From the NCBI GenBank assembly GCA_000320545.1, contig ADNK01000455.1, forward strand, positions 1 through 49,962: 49,962 bases of DNA, given 5' to 3'. A program made the position numbers and the translations under genes. Positions 48,650 to 49,962 of the stretch are shown in pieces. This stretch comes from Bigelowiella natans CCMP2755. Lineage: Eukaryota; Protista; Cercozoa. The stretch's first letter is position 1. The number at the start of each line of letters is the position of its first letter. Below the pieces are notes generated by a model. That model was not told the origin of the DNA, did not search any database, and was given only the letters and a program-made list of their open reading frames with translations.

Positions 48650-49380
48650 CTGCATCGTGTGCGTTCTGTTCGGCTACCTATCCGAAGTAGCACATGCTAG
48701 CATGCCATGCAAATAAATTGACATGCGTGGTCGGCCTTCCGCGATCGAGCGCGCGCATTAAGACTGCTAGACGAACTTAATTGTGATGTGATCTAGATGA
48801 TACTAGGATGGTGCGTGCGCTAGCATAGCAGATAGGAATGATTTCATAATGACACTCGATCTGCTGAACTTCGATCTGCCATGACAAAGCGCAGCCATAA
48901 TGTCAAGTGCTACACCTTATTAGGTACGGTGCACTTCAAGGAAATAGCTACTTATCTAGTAATCATGCATGTGATGCATGGCTTTGCAAGCATAGCTACA
49001 CTAAGATGATAATCGCGAAAAGTTTAAAACAATGGATGTATCTCATATGCATCACAGACAACGCACAATGTAATGTAAAATTACAAGATGTCTATCATGC
49101 ATGTGCCCCCACGGATCGCCTCGCTTTCTAGCTTTGCACACTTGTGCAATCATGCTAGCATGCCCAGCTTTGCAAAGCTACATTCTAGACATTAGGATGA
49201 CAATTGACTTTTTTTTAAGCATTTGGTCATTCCAGCATCCTTGTTGCAATCATGGCGCGAGCATTGCGCACGTCATTGAAGACATGTCGTCACATGTTCC
49301 GCGCGCAATATCTAGATATGCGAAGCTGTCGTTCGTGGCTGTACAGCAGATTCCATGTTTACTACTGCACACGAGACAGT
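48650..49380. other. Palindrome-rich spacer element 8 (convergent 3' ends)
   Basis: CATGCTAGCATG at 48693-48704 and 49151-49162; several TCTAGA. Confidence 0.75.
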
Positions 49381-49519
49381 TCAATATTAAGATTCTGTTA
49401 GGGATGCTGGATGGACATCACTTATTGTTAGATTTTATACGTGACTGTCATCATCATCATCAGCAGCAGCATCGAATCATCATGAATTCTATCTTAGTTC
49501 ATCATGTCCTCCGGAAACC

Positions 49520-49815
49520 TCACTTCCCACCTGCCTCCAGGTTGCTCGATTTGTACTGAATAACCTGTGGTGAACACGCATACTCATGCATGCACGTATG
49601 CGCGTCGAAGATTCTGTTCAGGGAAGCGTTGGTTGCTCCACGCTCATTCACACATGATTGCATTGCTGTAAGTGAGCAAATACCTTCTCACGCAAAGTGC
49701 TGACGATGAAGAACGCGCCGCATAGCCGCGTCTGTGGAAATTATGTAGATTGTCATTATCATCATCATCATCATCATCACCACCACTAGAGTTGGGAGGA
49801 CGGAAAGAGAGGAGA

Positions 49816-49857
<42 letters not shown>

Positions 49858-49922
49858 CGGGGGGGGGGGGAGAGAATTTGAAGAAGGGATCAGCCAAACA
49901 ACAGCAAGAACACACCAACGAA

Positions 49923-49962
<40 letters not shown>
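49520..49962 (-). CDS. Probable 3' exons of a gene entering from the right edge
   Basis: AG/GT-bounded segments TRLCGAFFIVSTLREK (about 49684-49731) and VIQYKSSNLEAGGK* (about 49520-49564), next to microsatellite-rich intron-like DNA. Confidence 0.35.

Noticed and set aside
1-49962. Prokaryotic operons, defence systems, rRNA/tRNA genes, transposase or reverse transcriptase ORFs
   Set aside because: None recognised. The DNA is spliceosomal-intron-rich eukaryotic sequence. Small RNAs could be missed without covariance-model searches.

Overview
This is eukaryotic nuclear DNA: gene-dense, rich in GT-AG introns and containing many microsatellites. Plastid-type proteins with a hydrophobic signal followed by an Arg/Ser-rich transit peptide indicate an alga with a secondary plastid. 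The style fits a chlorarachniophyte such as Bigelowiella, but that is inference. Splicing exons by hand gives about 16 genes, in order: an unknown secreted protein (-, partial), an RseP/M50 site-2 protease without PDZ (+), an EF-hand/coiled-coil membrane-anchored protein (-), a 7TM-RGS protein with a split RGS domain (+), a DNAJC11-like J-like protein with HPD changed to HDD (-), two related GPCR-like membrane proteins (+/-), malonyl-CoA decarboxylase ending in SKL (-), a coiled-coil protein (+), a plastid 3xS1 PSRP-7-like protein (-), a HERP-like UBL protein (+), a U2AF65-like protein (-), an unknown plastid-targeted protein (+), a nearly intronless M20/M28-like hydrolase (-), a family III CoA-transferase (+), and a partial gene (-). 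The most striking unexplained structure is genomic. Genes switch strand at 14 of 15 junctions. Every spacer downstream of a gene 3' end holds a 0.4-0.9 kb block that is strongly depleted in CC/GG, rich in CTAG/CATG/TGCA, and carries recurring exact words (CATGCTAGCATG x7, ATCTAGACAT/ATGTCTAGAT x6). Most short ORFs in the supplied track are microsatellite or antisense artefacts. Exon boundaries and some start codons are approximate.
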